Positions 40,801-54,438 of a stretch of DNA of 64,000 nt are shown one piece after another. The stretch is taken from assembly GCA_013265495.1 (NCBI GenBank), contig MU058252.1, positions 716,244-780,243 of the forward strand, read 5' to 3'. Each line of letters begins with the position of its first letter. Position 1 is the first letter of the stretch. Both the position numbers and the translations under genes were made by a program. Below the pieces are notes generated by a model. The model did not search any database and had not been told where the DNA came from. It saw only the letters and a list, made by a program, of their open reading frames with translations. Source of the DNA: Vicugna vicugna. Lineage: Eukaryota.

Positions 40801-43800
40801 CTATACAATAACAATTTATCGGTAGCAACTTACTGTTGGAAACAAATGACCAAAGTATAAGGTAAGATAAAGTGAATCAGGTACTACAAAGTTCACAAAC
40901 CTCAATAATGCTACATAAATTCAGGGACGTAGAAAACAGCACAGAGTGGGATGGAAACAGCAAATTGAAAAGGTTAAAAAGTGACTAAAATTTGACCAAA
41001 AGGTTCCCAAGTTAGTTTCCTCCCCCCAAATGACTCTCCTCTTTGAGTACCTGACTTCAGCGGGTTTCCTTCCCCCTAACATCACTTTTCAAGCCGCGGC
41101 TGCTGCCCCTGAGCTGTCAGGTTACTGCGCAGAGTCTATTCTGACTTCACGCTTAGGAGCAGAAGCCTCGGCACATCTGGGAGGTACCCTCGAGTCATCT
41201 TACACCTCATCACTGCTCTTTGATTAACACTCAGTAATCTGGCAAATGCTTTTCTCTCATTGCCTTGAAACATGAATAAACGCAACTCTCCTTAACAGCC
41301 CCCACCAACTGCGAGAGATGAGAATATGTGAAGGCCTGCCTGGGGCTTCCAGAAAGTCACTGTCCCCACGGAAGTGACATTTAGGCTGAGATATGAAGAT
41401 TAGCAGGTGGCCAAGAGGACAGGGAAGAACAACTCAAGGAGAGGGAACAGCCTGTGTGAAGTCCAGAAGGCATGGAGGAACAAGGCAGTTTGAGGACCTT
41501 CAAGAAGGCCAGGGGAAGGGAGGTGTGAGGTGAGGTGGGCAGAAGGAGGGGCCGGCAGGGCGCGCAGAGAGCGGGGAGGAGGTGTGGGCTCCAGCAGAGG
41601 CAGAGGAAAGTCAGCCAAGGCTTTTAAGCCTGGAAGTGACACGATTAGATGCACGTTTTTAGAAAACATCTCCAATTGCAGCCTGCGAAGTGGATTGGAG
41701 GGGCCAGAGTGGATGCTGGAGGGCTTGGGCTCTTCAACAATCAATAGAAAGATGCTGCCGGCCTGGCCCAGAGCGATGGCAGAAGTCACAGACCAGGACA
41801 GGAAGTCAGGAGGCCAAAGCGAGAGGACTGACTACCGGGATGTGGGGGAGTGTGAGAGCCGCCGCTAAACATCATTCTTGCTAAAAAAACAAACAAACAA
41901 ACAAAAAACGGAAATAAACGAACAACTAGGTGAACATGGTGAGATTTACTGAATCAGGCTGGCGAAAAGAAAAGAAAAGAGGAGGGAGAGGGAAGGAGGG
42001 AGGAGAGGAGGTCAGAACACAGACAGAGTGGAATGACTGGGGCAGAGACATCCAACAGACAACCGAATACTGAGAAGGGCCATCCGTCTGGAGATAGCTA
42101 CTTGGGTGTCATCAGTTACTAAAGCACCGTGGTAATTAAATACTTGGGATTAAGGCCCTGGGCAACAGCTATATGGTAACTAAAGCCACGGCAGCACGAC
42201 CGTCCAGAGAGAGTCCGGGAGAACACAGTGGGCTTTGGCAGAGCCAAGAGGAAGCCCAGTGCCTAATGTTCAAGAAAGAGAAGCAAGTGTGTGGTACGTG
42301 AATTAGACTCATTAAACCTGCTACTCCACTCCCCCTTTCCCACCAAAAAAAAAAAAAAAGGAAAAAGAGGGAAAGGTAAGCAGCATGGAGGAAATGAGCA
42401 GGCCGACAGGTATGAGGAGGACCCCAGCGGTGCTGGCCGCGTGGGAGGAGGGCGGCGGTCATCGCTGGGGACAAGGGCTCAGATGAGAAGAGGGCTGCTA
42501 AGTGCCCCCTGGAGTGGCACAACGAAGCCATGAGCAGCCCCCTCAGGGGCCCTGGGTGGGTGGCGGGAATGGGCTGAAGGATGAACAGGAGGGGAGAAAA
42601 TGGAAGGAGGGTCTCCGAATAAAGGATTATTTCTGATCAGTGATGCAGCCTGGCTTGGAGCCTGGGCTCTGCGCCTAATGACTGTGTTTGAAACCTGGTG
42701 ACCCCACCTTCCCAGACACATACTCTGGAGGTAACTTACTTATCCTCTCACTTTCTCCAAATCCTCCTCGCTAAATCAGGAAAGATAAAACATTTACCTC
42801 TTAGACTTGTTTTGAGGATTAGAGGAGACAGATGTAAAGGACTTATGACAGTGCCTCACCCTACTTCATATACACCAGGATGTTATCATCACAGGAAAAG
42901 GACATCAAAATTCTTCCCGTTTTTTCAAGTAAATTCCAAATGCTTTGCGGTATCAAAGTTTTCCCACTTTAAAATCCAAAGGGAAAATACAAAGTCACCG
43001 GGGTCCTGGGATAATGACTTTGCAAGGGTCATGTGCACCCTCATAGGACGGAACCATCCACAGCCACCGGGCAGCCCGAAGCATGGTCTGGACGCCAGGC
43101 AGCGACTGGCGGGGTTGCCAGGCGCCCATGGAGGAGCAGACAGAGGAGGTCTCAGAGGGAAGGTCGTGGAAAGCCCTTCATCGTAGAGATGACTCAGCGC
43201 TGCCTTGGCTCCTGACGATTTTGCAGTTACTTGTGAATGGGGACAGCTCCCACCTGTGGATGTTCCCAGACCCTCCTCAGCACGCTCTTCTCGCGTACAG
43301 CAGTCAGGGTCTTACCATTTCAGACGACCAAACCTCCACAGTCTGTAAAACAACTACTCTAGCTCGTCAAGTCTAAGATCCCATCAAACGTGAAGCTACA
43401 GCCTGACTTAACAGACTTTAAAATGTATACCTCAAATCTACTCGATATGGCAAGCTTTCAAATATGCGGCCAGCTAAAGAAGAATGATTTTAACTGCAAA
43501 TATTTCATAAAGCTATAACTATTTTTATAATCAAGAAACAGTGAGTCTTTAGTCTAAGCTAAGGATGCAAATACAGGAGGGAGGGTGGAGCCTGGACAGC
43601 AGATCATCAGCGCCTTCTAACACTCTGACAGGATCATGAGCAACCCAGCTGTGATCACAAACCTGTCACCACCAGGGGTCAGCACCCCTCGCATTAGAGT
43701 CAACACACGGCCAGGTGGCCCCAGAGGGAAGCCGCTCTCAAGGTGATAAGGGGGTACTTTGAAAAGTTCCACAAATACATGGGAAGACATTCTCCCTTAA

Positions 43801-45191
43801 GTAAGTTAGAGAGTGTTTCTCAACCTTTTTCCCCCATCATCCCCCCCTTCCCTAGTTTTTCCTATACCTCCTGCACCCCCAGCCCTTCCCTCCAACTGTC
43901 CAGCCCCCATGAGCAACACGGCGGGTCTGAGCAGGGGCCCCTTACAGAGCCACAAACCACTGTCCTAAGATTTTTGTCCCCTGACAAGACCCAATCTTTG
44001 CTCACTGCAGAGCCATATCCTCCAGTTGAGAATGGATGAGTTTGAGTGAAAGCACATTTTTGGTTTTGTTAGTCTATGTAGAGCGGCTGCTGGTGCCTTT
44101 AAGCCATATTTTCAAGCTGGAAGGAAAAGTACAAGTCACCAAGTGCTGGGCTTTGCCTTACAGAGAAAAGCCACAATGACAACAACAAACAAAACAAGAA
44201 AGCAATGCCCCAAGAGACAAGGCTTATCCAAGAACACAGCTACTGCACTACAGGACTGGGCTAAAATTCTGAGATTCTTGACTGAAAAATAATGCTTCCC
44301 TTTCACTTTTACTTCTTATCCCCACTTCTTACCTATTTTTGATCAGTGCAGACTAGGTGGGCCAGTCTTGCTAGAAAAATGAGTTTGGAGGTTAAGTTCT
44401 GAAAAGATTACCCTTTGGGAGATGCCTTGCAGGTGAAGAAGGGACAGCGAGGACAGAAAGGACCGCCAGGGATGAAGGAAGCAGGCAGATGGTGAGGGAC
44501 AGGGGGACAGGCCGGTTGGAAAGACGGCTAAGCGGGATGATCCAACCGCAGCGAGTTAGTGAAAGCCTCAAACAGCTGAAGAGTCTGCGACAGCTGAGAT
44601 GATAAGAGGGACGTGAGGAGACACCACACACATAGTTTCCAGGGGCGGCAGAGTTCTTGGAGCAGCGCCAGAATGATAGAGTTATTAGTCACGAATAAAT
44701 TTCTGGGTGCTTATCTCCTTCAAAAAGCAGTCATGGGCGGTGTCTCAGTGCTTACAAAGTCCTTGCACTTGGCCCTGCCATTAAATAAGTTCAAGACAGT
44801 TTAATCTTGATAAAAACAAATAGGGATGACTGTTATAACAAAAGAATCTGAAAAGCAAACACATCAAGTGACTGCCATGGGCTAGGCACTGTCCCCGTCA
44901 CTCTGCAGACACTGAATCATTTCATCCTCCCAACCTTCCCAAAAAGGAATGAGAAGTGTGTAATGTACTCACTGAGATGCCAAAGCACCGCTGAGCACCC
45001 ACCATGTGCCAAGTGCCGGGCAGGGAAGGATGGACTGTGAGAGGAATGCGGGAGGGACCCCGGGAGGAGAAGACCCGGGTGGAGCTGTGCTATGCCAGGA
45101 AGAGGGACAGGGCGGAGAGATGGAGCAGAAGGTCTTACCCTCCAAATGACGTAATGCCCTAAGGCCCCAGGACCACGAGGGACACACAGAA

Positions 45192-45545
45192 CAGGGGTCA
45201 GGCTAACTGCTCGTGAGCCAGATTTGGCCTCTTTTGGTAAATAAAGTTTGACTGCCAGTCGGACTGAGCTGGTCCTGAGCTGCCTTCTGCTCTGCTGCTG
45301 CCCGGGCCAGCTGAGGAGTTGTGACAGAGCCAGAGCCCGAGACCATCTGGCTCTTTACAGAAAAAGTTTGCCGAGGCCCGCTGGAGAGCCTTATTATTCA
45401 GGGTAGGGTCTGCAAAGCGGCAGCACTAGGGAGGCTGGCAGAAATGCAGACTCCCAGGCCCCATCCCAGACCCACAGAGTGAGAACCTGCCCTTTAAAAA
45501 GATGTCCGGCGGTTCTTGTGCACAGAAAGCTCTCCGATCACTGGC
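45192..45545. mobile_element. MER58-like followed by MER5-like hAT MITEs
   Basis: caggggtcaggctaact...tggctctttacagaaaaagtttgccga; aaatgcagactcccaggccccatcccagacc. Confidence 0.6.
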
Positions 45546-48344
45546 GTGCGTGGCTGGCCAGGAAGAGGCAGTGAGGCTGCAGATGAAGTGCGTCTGCATG
45601 TGTTCTATATATAGACATGGGAAAGTGGTAAAGATTTTCCCGTCAGGGAGCTGTGCCATCAATTCTCGCTCTGGGGGGGGGGGTCCCTCTGTCAGGGTGC
45701 GATGGTAAGAAGTGGGTGGGCAGCTGGTGGCAGAACTCAGGCAAAAGGGGACCTGAACACGACAGGGGAGACAGGCATAATTTTTTCTTTCTTCCCAGAA
45801 GTAAATACGAGATTACTCTAACTTCACTAATGCCTCCAAATTGTTTCTAATAAATATAGTATCTGTTGTAATTTATGAGGAAATAGAAAAGCACTTGGTA
45901 ACAAAAATATCAGTGACCGTGTGTTTCCATGTATACCAAATGTATCTCCATCTAAGTAACGCCTCCAGATTGCAAGGCACAAATGCTATTACATGAATAA
46001 GAAAAGTCTAGTGACTCAATGAGGATCTATTCAATAGCTATCATGTAGGCTGCTAACACATCAGTTCACAGGATATTTAAGGTGTAATGTCTTCCTGTTA
46101 AGACATTTTCCCCCCGCCAAATACATGTAAGATTCTGCTTGATACTCAGTTTTTCCGTAGTTTGGATGAATAAGCAATCTTAAGTTCAAAAGAAACAAAG
46201 GAGCACTTTAGACTGCACGCCAACACTGCTCCTTCCAGCTTGGCTAACGGCCTCCAAGCAATCGCCTAACATTTTGCCTCCTTAAGAATCTAGAAAAGTT
46301 TGACCGGGTTCTTAGTGGGATTCAGAATGCCTTAATGACAGCAATACAGATAAAAACAGATGGGTAAAAATGGGGAATTCCTTTTCTTAGATGCTTAGGT
46401 TTAATACTGTACTTTCATCCCACTGGCAGAAACAATGCAAAAGAAATAAGGCTTGCGTATCTGCTTTGAGAAATGCAACATAATTAAATTAATCTCAAGT
46501 AAGGAAAAAACCCATCAAACCTGTATTGAGAAGTTCTACGGAAGATTCATTAACAAAATCCTTAAAAAATCCATGAGTTCAGTACAACTGGTGAACGGCA
46601 CTTAAAAAGTAACAGTAACTTAACGTTTAGAGAATGCTTACTGTGGATTTACAGTAATGTGCTAAATACTATTATGTGGATTATCTCATCCAATCCTCAA
46701 AACACCCCAATATGAGTTCCAGTTTATGAATGGGAAAAACCAAGGCACAGGGAGTTTAAGTAACTTGTCCAAGGTCACACAGCTCAATAAGAAGTGGAGA
46801 TAAGATTTGACACTGGGCCTATACTCTTAACCAGAACTATGGTACCTCTCTAATAGTATGTACTTTATGCTTTCCTCTTGTTCCTACGTGTATCTGCAAA
46901 ATGTTTAAATGTAATGGGCTTTCAATGTTACAAAAATCAGGGATAAAGAAAATCCTATGATTTAGACATTCAAAGTCTTCATGGAAAGGAGGACATACCA
47001 TATTGCTCCATGGACAGTGCCCAAAATTCGACCTGCAATATAATACAACCAAGGAATAATGAAGTGGATTCGACTGAAGACACTGGATTATTTTTCAGTA
47101 GGATAAAATGCAAATTAAGTCCCGGTAAAATTCTGAAATGTATCCTGTAACTGCTTGTTAATAATAAATACGGATGCGGACTTTTAAAGATAATGACTAT
47201 GAATATATTATCTCCTGGCTAACATGTTTGTGACATGCAGGGACTCTAAACATAAAATGAACGTTGGCACTGGCCTGCTGTGGTCTGGTAACATTCTCAC
47301 ATTGGTTGTACATGCTTATTTGAGTAATTGCCTGACTGTAAATGAACAGAGGTATTAAAGTAAAGTTGGCACAAGGCACAGCATCCACATGGCGTATTCT
47401 TTGTTCCCAGACCTTTATTCCATCAATACGCTTGGAAAATAGAGAACTCACTAAACGAATAATGGAAGTACACAAGATAGTGAAGGTCTTTTAAATTCCT
47501 CAAATTGTCAAGCATCTTAAAGTTCTTTTCCGACTTTGAGCTCCTCGTATTCCATTTTAAGTACTAATTTTGCCAAAGAACAAGCTCATCCCCTTCAAAT
47601 TTTAACTTTCAAAATAAGATCCAGGTAAAAGCTCATCATTTTCCATGTTAAATATTAATTTTGCCGAAAAACAAACTCATCCCCCACTCCATTTTTAACA
47701 GCTTCAAAATATGACCCAGGTAAGTAAGAATAAAACGGGGCAGGAAAATCGAAAATGGAAAAAAAAAAAACGACCGAGAGAAGAGGTGACAGAAACGATG
47801 GAATGACAGGGTCACCTGAACTCAAAACCAATTCACTAAGCCGCTTCTGGTTTTCCCATTGAACTTTCCCTATTAAGACCAGAAGACACACCCTACACCC
47901 TGCCGGTGGTATTTTCACAAGTACAGATGAGGGAAGCAGCATGTGTTATTTAACGCTATGGACCACAGACATAATTCGGGGGTTACCTCTACGTGTATGG
48001 TGGCATTACAAACAACTACTACTGCATGTCACCTTGCTCTCATTCGAGTTCGGCTAGTAAGGACAAAAGGACCGACTATCCGTGTTGATGGCCGGGTTGC
48101 GGGGCTCCCCTCGGAGCCCAGCTAGCTCTCGCCCTCCGAAAGGCACCAGCGCGCCACTGCGGACACGCTCTGCCGGCTCCGCGTCTCCAAATCCGGCCCC
48201 GCAGGGCGCGCCGCCCGAAGCTGGTCGGGCAGTGGGCGGCGGGGTCCCGCGGCCTCCGGGGCGTGAACACCGATGCTCCCCGAGCCCCGGCCCCTCGGGG
48301 CCCCGGCGTAGAAACGGAGGCGTGTTCCAGCGGGGGGCACTCAC

Positions 48345-48414
48345 CTTCTTCTTCCAATTCGAATTTCTCCAGCATGCCGGCTTCCGCGGGTCCCGGGGCC
48401 GCCGCCAGCGCCGC
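48345..48414 (-). CDS. PRKAG2: PRKAG2 exon 5 (70 bp), containing the short-isoform start ATG at 48375-48373
   Basis: cctcctcctcag|GCGGCGCTG...GAAGAAG|gtgagt; translates AALAAAPGPAEAGMLEKFELEEE. Confidence 0.95.
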
Positions 48415-48556
48415 CTGAGGAGGAGGAGGACAGGGATCAGCATGCGCTCGGCGGCGCTCGTCCCCGGCCGCGCGGGCGGGGGCGCGGGGACGCGGGGAGG
48501 GGGCGCGGGGGAGAAGGGCGGGGGTGCCGGGGGTACAGGGGCGCGGCACGGGGACG

Positions 48557-48588
48557 NNNNNNNNNNNNNNNNNNNNNNNNNNNNNNNN
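48557..48588. other. Assembly gap (32 N)
   Basis: Run of N inside the G-rich part of the CpG island. Confidence 1.
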
Positions 48589-49899
48589 GGGGGCGGGCTC
48601 CGCGGCCCCGCCGAGCGCTCCGGCCTCGCTCCGCGCCAAGTCCCAGGGAGGAGGGGCCTCCCAGGCGGCTGGCGGGGCGGGGGGCGGCGCGGCGCGGCCA
48701 GCCCGCCGGCACAGAACCGAATGGGCGGCTCAGCCAGTCCCCGGCCCTCCCCCGCCCCAGGCCGCAGGTGGCGCGGGCTGCGGCCTAACCTGCCGCCCCT
48801 CCTCGAGTGGAACGGTCCGCTTCCCGCTCCCCCCGCCCCGGGCTTTGGTATGGGCCGGCGAGAAGGAAGCGTGGGAAGAGGACCCCGAGAAGCCAGGGGC
48901 TGGCTCGCGCGAGGGCCGCCGGGGCGCCCCCCTCCGGCCGCGGCCTCCTTTCCGCCGGGGCTGCGGACCGGCCATTAGCGGAGGCCCGTTTTCTCATTCT
49001 CGCCTCATCTTCCCACCCCACTGCACACATCGACTCACCTTCCCCGGCCACCCACGGCAGCGCGTCCCTGCAGGTTTAACCTGCGCAGGTGTGGTCTCTG
49101 CCAGCCCGGGGGTGGGGCACGAGGGGAACGCCACCAGGTGGGGGTGGAGTGGGCGGGGCGACGTGCCAGGGAGAAGGGGATGGAGCTGCAGAGACCCCAG
49201 AGGGAGACGACACCGCAGACGGGGCGGGGGTGGCGGGGTGGGGAGAAGGAGTGGTTGCTTGCTTTCTAAATTTTAGATTAAACTGCTAATCCCTTTCCCC
49301 TACTGAAATTTTTGTTCCGTAGGTTACACGTATTGTAGATGCACTGCTTTGCTATCAGTTTTACCCAGCCATGTAACTCTTAATTTGCTTCCCCTCTTCA
49401 TAACCGATTCTCTTCTTTAGTGAGCCACTGCCCGAAACACACACGAATCAAAATCTGGCCCTGGCCACTGCTGTCACTCTGGATCTGGGTATCTGAGACT
49501 CTCCTATCACCAACTCAGGTTGGCAGGCAGTGAGGCTGGCATCCGAAAGCTTCCTGGAAGAGTAGGGTAGCTGGAGAGGGGACAGGCACCCCATTTCGTG
49601 AGGCTCTCCTGTGTGACAGCCAGTGTCTGCCCCTGTGCAAGGAGGCCCTTAGCTTACTGCAGCATGCAAGGGCCCTGATAGGGAGATTAGCTCTCTAGCG
49701 CTGATTCCAGCTGTAAAGGGGACCCCATCTCTTGAAAGGAACTTGGTTCTGTCAGTCTAGCAAAACCTAGCCTGGAAGGAGAAAGTACAGAAATCTCCTT
49801 TGTGCTTTTTGCTCTGTCATCTCAGTTGGACCAATCCCATTGTCTTAGTCTTAATTAAATGTGTGGGAGGGAGGAAAAGAAGGCAAAACTGATTTTGTA

Positions 49900-52662
49900 A
49901 GACATGGGTGGTAAAAACCCCTCACCTATGTCATGCTTAACAACAAAACACCGAATGCTTTCTAAGTTCAGGAAGGAAGCAAGGATGTCAGCTTTCACCC
50001 TATACTTATTCAACATAGTACTGGAAGTTCTAGCCACTGCAATAAGGCAAGAAAAATAAATAAATAAAAGGCATGCAAATTGCAAAGGAAGAAATAAAAC
50101 CATCCCTATTTGCAGATGACATAGTGTCTGCATAGGAAGTTCCAAGGACTACTTAAAAAAACAAAAAAACAAAAAACCCCAAAACACCAAAACTAGAACT
50201 AGCAAGTTCCACAAGGTCACAGGATACAAAAGCAACACACAAAAATCACTTACATTTGTGTATACTAACAATGAACATGTGGAAACTGCTATTAAAGACA
50301 GTATTACTTACAATTACCACGAAGAAAATTACTTAGGTATTCACTTAAGAGAACATGTACAAGATCTGTATGCTGAAAATTACAAAATGTGGATGAAATG
50401 AAAGAAGACTTAAATAAATGGAGAGGCATTCCATGTTCATGGATTGGAATACTCAATGTAGTAAAGATGTCAGTTCTCCCCTAGACTTATCTCTAGGTTT
50501 AATGCCATTCATATCAAAATCCTAACAAGGTATTTCATGGACAAGATAAGCTTATTCTAAAATTTATGTGGAAAGGCACAGGCTCTAGAATAGCTAAAAC
50601 AATCTTGAAAAAGAAGAACAAAGTGGGAGGAATCACTTGATTCAATATAGAGCTTCAGTAGTCAAAGGGGGAAGGGGGGTTGACACAATGATCAACAGAA
50701 ACAAGTAAAGAATCTAGAAATAGACCCACAAAAGTATGTCAAACCAATATATGATAAAGGTGCAAAAATAGTGCTGGAGCAATTGGATGTCAACAGGCAA
50801 AAAAAACTCAATATTAAGCCTCACACTGTATACAAAAATGAGCTCAAATTGTGTCATGGACTTATAAATAAAACATAAAACTATGAAACTTTTAGAAAAA
50901 AATGGGAGAAAATCTTCGGGATCTGTTGATAAGCAAAGAGTTAGCGTGATCCATAGAAGGAAAATTAATAAATTAGGCCTCATTAAAATTAAAAATGTTT
51001 TCCCTGTGACAGACCCTACTGAGAAGATACAAAGACAAGCTATACAGTGGTAGAAAAATACTTGCAGACCACAAAGCCAACAAATGACCAGTCTCTGGAA
51101 TATGTAAAGAACCCTCAAAACTCAATAATAGAAAAAGAAAACCATCCAGTAAGACACAGGCAAAAGAAATGAAGAGACATTTCACTGAAAAAGATACACA
51201 GACGGCAAATAAGCACATGAAAATATGCTCGACATCATTAGCCATTAGAGCAATGCAAATCAAAGCCACAATAAGCTGTCACTACACACCCATTGGAATG
51301 GGCAACAGAAAGATAGTGACCACACCAAATGTTGGTGAGGACTCAGAGAAACAGAATCACTCGTGCATTGCTGTGGGGATGCAAAATCCTACCACCACTC
51401 TGGGAAACAGCCTGGCGGTTTCTTACGAAACTAAACACCCAACGGCTACATGACACATCAGTTGCACTCTGGGGCATTTATCCCAGTTAAAACGAAACAC
51501 ATTGACACGAAAACCTGTATATGAATGTGTATAGCAGCTTCATTTTTAATAGTTAAAAACTGGAAATAACACATCATTCAACAAAATATGTTACATCTAT
51601 ACTACGGAATGCTACTCAGCAATAAAAAGCAATGAACTATTGATACATACAGCCGCATGCATGGATGTCCAGGGAATAATGCCAAGTGAAAAAAGCCCAT
51701 CCCAAAAGGTTATGTGTGGTATGATTCCATTATAGAACATTCTTGAAATGACAAAAATTATAAAAATGGACAACAGATTAGTGGGGGCTAGGGGTCAGGG
51801 ATGGAGTGGGGGAACAGAGGTGCCTGTGGTTATAAAAGGGCAACAGTGGGATCCTTGTGGTGGGACTGTTCTGTATCTTGACTGTATCAAGTCAATATCC
51901 TGCCTGTGGGATCATACCATATTTTTTCCCCATGAGTCAAGCTAAGCTGACTTAATTGTGTTGAGGAAATAACAATGTGGGTTAATTTAGAAAAAAAACT
52001 TTATTGAGATATAATTCACATACTATAAAACATGATTTTTAGTATAGTCACAGGGTTGTGCAACCACCTGTGTTTACAACATTTTCATTATCCCAGAGAC
52101 AAACCCCACGCCCGTTAGCAGTCACTATTACTCCCTAACCCTCACGCCCAGCCTCAGGCAACCGCTAACCTATTTTCTGATCCTACGGATTTGCCTATTC
52201 TGGACATTTCATATCAATGCAACCATATAATATGTGGTCTTTTGCCTCTGGCTTCTTTCATGCAGTAATCATATATTCAAGGTTCATCCATGTTGTAACA
52301 TTTATCAGCACTTCATTTTTTAAAAATTGCTGAATAATATTCTATTGTATGGATACACCACATTTTGTTTCATCCATTCATCAGTTGATAGATATTTGGG
52401 TAGTTTCCACTTTTGCCTGTTGTGAATATAAATATTGCTGCTATAAACATTCACGTACAAGGGTTTGTGTGGACATATGTTTTCATTTCTGTTAGGTATG
52501 GATTCAGGAATGAAAAGTCTGGGTCATATTTAACATTTTGACAAACTGCCCAGCTGTTTTCCACAGAGGCTGCACCTTTTTACATTTTCACCAGCAATGT
52601 ATGAGGGCTCCAATTTCTCCTGTGCTCTAGTTTTGCAAGATGCTACCATTAGGGGGAAACCA
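49900..52662 (+). mobile_element. L1M(C-like) ORF2 to 3' end, interrupted by an antisense L1
   Basis: tattcaacatagtactggaagttctagcc...; 3' UTR ctgtatcttgactgtatcaa breaks at about 51920 and resumes tagttttgcaagatgctaccattaggggg at about 52628. Confidence 0.85.
51995..52620 (-). mobile_element. L1M(B-like) 3' end nested in the L1 above
   Basis: ctttattgagatataattcacatac...ttgcctattctggacatttcatat...caccagcaatgtatgaggg. Confidence 0.85.
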
Positions 52663-53540
52663 GCTTTGAATGACCATCAGAAGAAGAAAATTCAGCCTGA
52701 AAACTTAATCATAAAATGGCTGCCAAAAAAGCTTTCCTTTATGCCATGAGGTCGGCTCTGTGTTCACTTTGCCTTTTTGATTTTAAATCTTAAATAGCTA
52801 CTGAAAGAAATAAATAATCTTAAACACCAGATAAGGGGCTCCTGAATAATTTATCATATTGAAACCGGCAGCTTCAGTGTTTCCCTGCTGTCTTCCGTGA
52901 GCTCTGGCTCTCTCTGCAAAGGCGTCCTCCTCCCGCGTGGTAGGATGGGAAACTCCCAGCAGTGGGGGCTGGAGATGTGCCTGCCCCCAACCCCAGCGGC
53001 TTCTACACCCACCCCTGTGCTGACGGCCTCCTCCAAGCTTGTGACAAGCCCACAGCTTTCCTGAGCTCCAGACCACCTCCTGGTCATCTCCATTTGAATT
53101 TTCTACAGACAACTCAAACTCATCCATCTCAGATGGCCCCTGGGTCCTCGCGTTTGTCTCAGCATCCTTTGAGGCTGCCCGCTTGTCTCCACCATGCTCT
53201 GCAGCTAGGCTTGTTGCTGGAACAGCTCCAATCCCTTCCCTACCCGGGAGCCAGACCTCCTTTTAAAAACACACTTGTTCTTGTTACTCTGTTCAGAACT
53301 ATCCAATGACTCTTAGGAACCTGTAGGAATGTCCTGCAAACTCCTCAGCTCCGAGCAGGACCTGATCATTTCATTTCTTCACCTTCTCTTGCCAACCCCC
53401 TCTGCATCCCCTACAATTGAGTCTTGATGCTTTGTTCGGAATACACTCTGCTCCCTGCACTTGGGGTCTGAAGATTCTGGCCTCTCCCTACTTCTGCCAC
53501 TTGACTAGTTTCTGCCCATTCCTTTAAGAATAAGTCTTAA

Positions 53541-54438
53541 ACATAGAAATGGCCAAGAGGCACATGAAAAGATGCTCAACATCGCTAATTATCAGAGAAA
53601 TGCAAATCAAAACTACAATGAGGTATCACCTCAGACCAGTCAGAATGACCACCATTAAAAAGTCTATAAATGGTAAATGCTAGAGAGGCTGTGGAGAAAG
53701 AGGAACACTCCAACCCTGTTGGTGGCAATGTAGTTTGGTGTAGCCATTACGGAAAACAGTATGGAGATTCCTCTAAAAATTAAAAATAGACTTACCATAT
53801 GATCCAGCAATCCCACGTCTGGGTATATATCTGGAGAGAACTCTAGTGCAAAAAGATATATGCACTCAGTGTTCACGGCAGCACTATTACAGTAGCCAGG
53901 ACATGAAAGCAACCTAAATGTCCATCGACAGATGACTGGATAAAGAAGCTATGGTATATTTATATGATGAAATACTACTCTGCCATAAAAAAGAATAAAA
54001 TAATGCCTTTTGCAGCAACAAGAATGGACCTAGAGATTGTCATTCTAAGTGAAGTAAGTCAGAAAAGAGAAAGAAAAATACAATATGATATCACTTATAT
54101 GTGGAATCTTAAAAAAAGACACAAATGAACTTCTTTACAAAACAGAAACAGACTCACAGACATAGAAACAAACTTATGGTTATCAAAGTTTCCCCTTTGA
54201 TATATAGAGGGGAGGGATAGATTAAGAGTTTGGAATTAGCAGATACTATTATATATAAAATAGATAAACAACAAGGTCCTAACATGTAGCACAGGGAACT
54301 ATATTCAACACCTTGTAGTAACCTATAATGATAAGGAATATGAAAAAGAATGTATTTATATGACTGAATCACCTTGCTGTACACCTGAAACTAACACAAC
54401 ACTGTAAGTCAACTCTACTTCAATAAAATAAAAATAAA
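53541..54438 (+). mobile_element. 5'-truncated L1 with 15-bp TSD
   Basis: ORF2 3' end, 3' UTR and caataaaa tail; TSD aagaataagtcttaa (53526-53540) and aagaatgagtcttaa (54439-54453). Confidence 0.92.

Larger units (their letters stand above)
48050..49260. promoter_or_regulatory. CpG island, probable internal promoter of the short gamma-2 isoform
   Basis: Very high GC and CpG density with many GGGCGG boxes, overlapping exon 5, in otherwise CpG-poor introns. Confidence 0.85.

Noticed and set aside
48415..48639. In-frame N-terminal extension of exon 5 (ORF 48076..48639)
   Set aside because: The start is a non-ATG codon beyond the gap, so the frame cannot be verified; lack of stops is expected at this GC content.
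48082..49276. Long plus-strand ORFs (298 aa and 250 aa) over the CpG island
   Set aside because: Low-complexity G/P/R/A translations expected from stop-poor GC-rich DNA; they span an N gap of uncertain length and show no recognisable domain.
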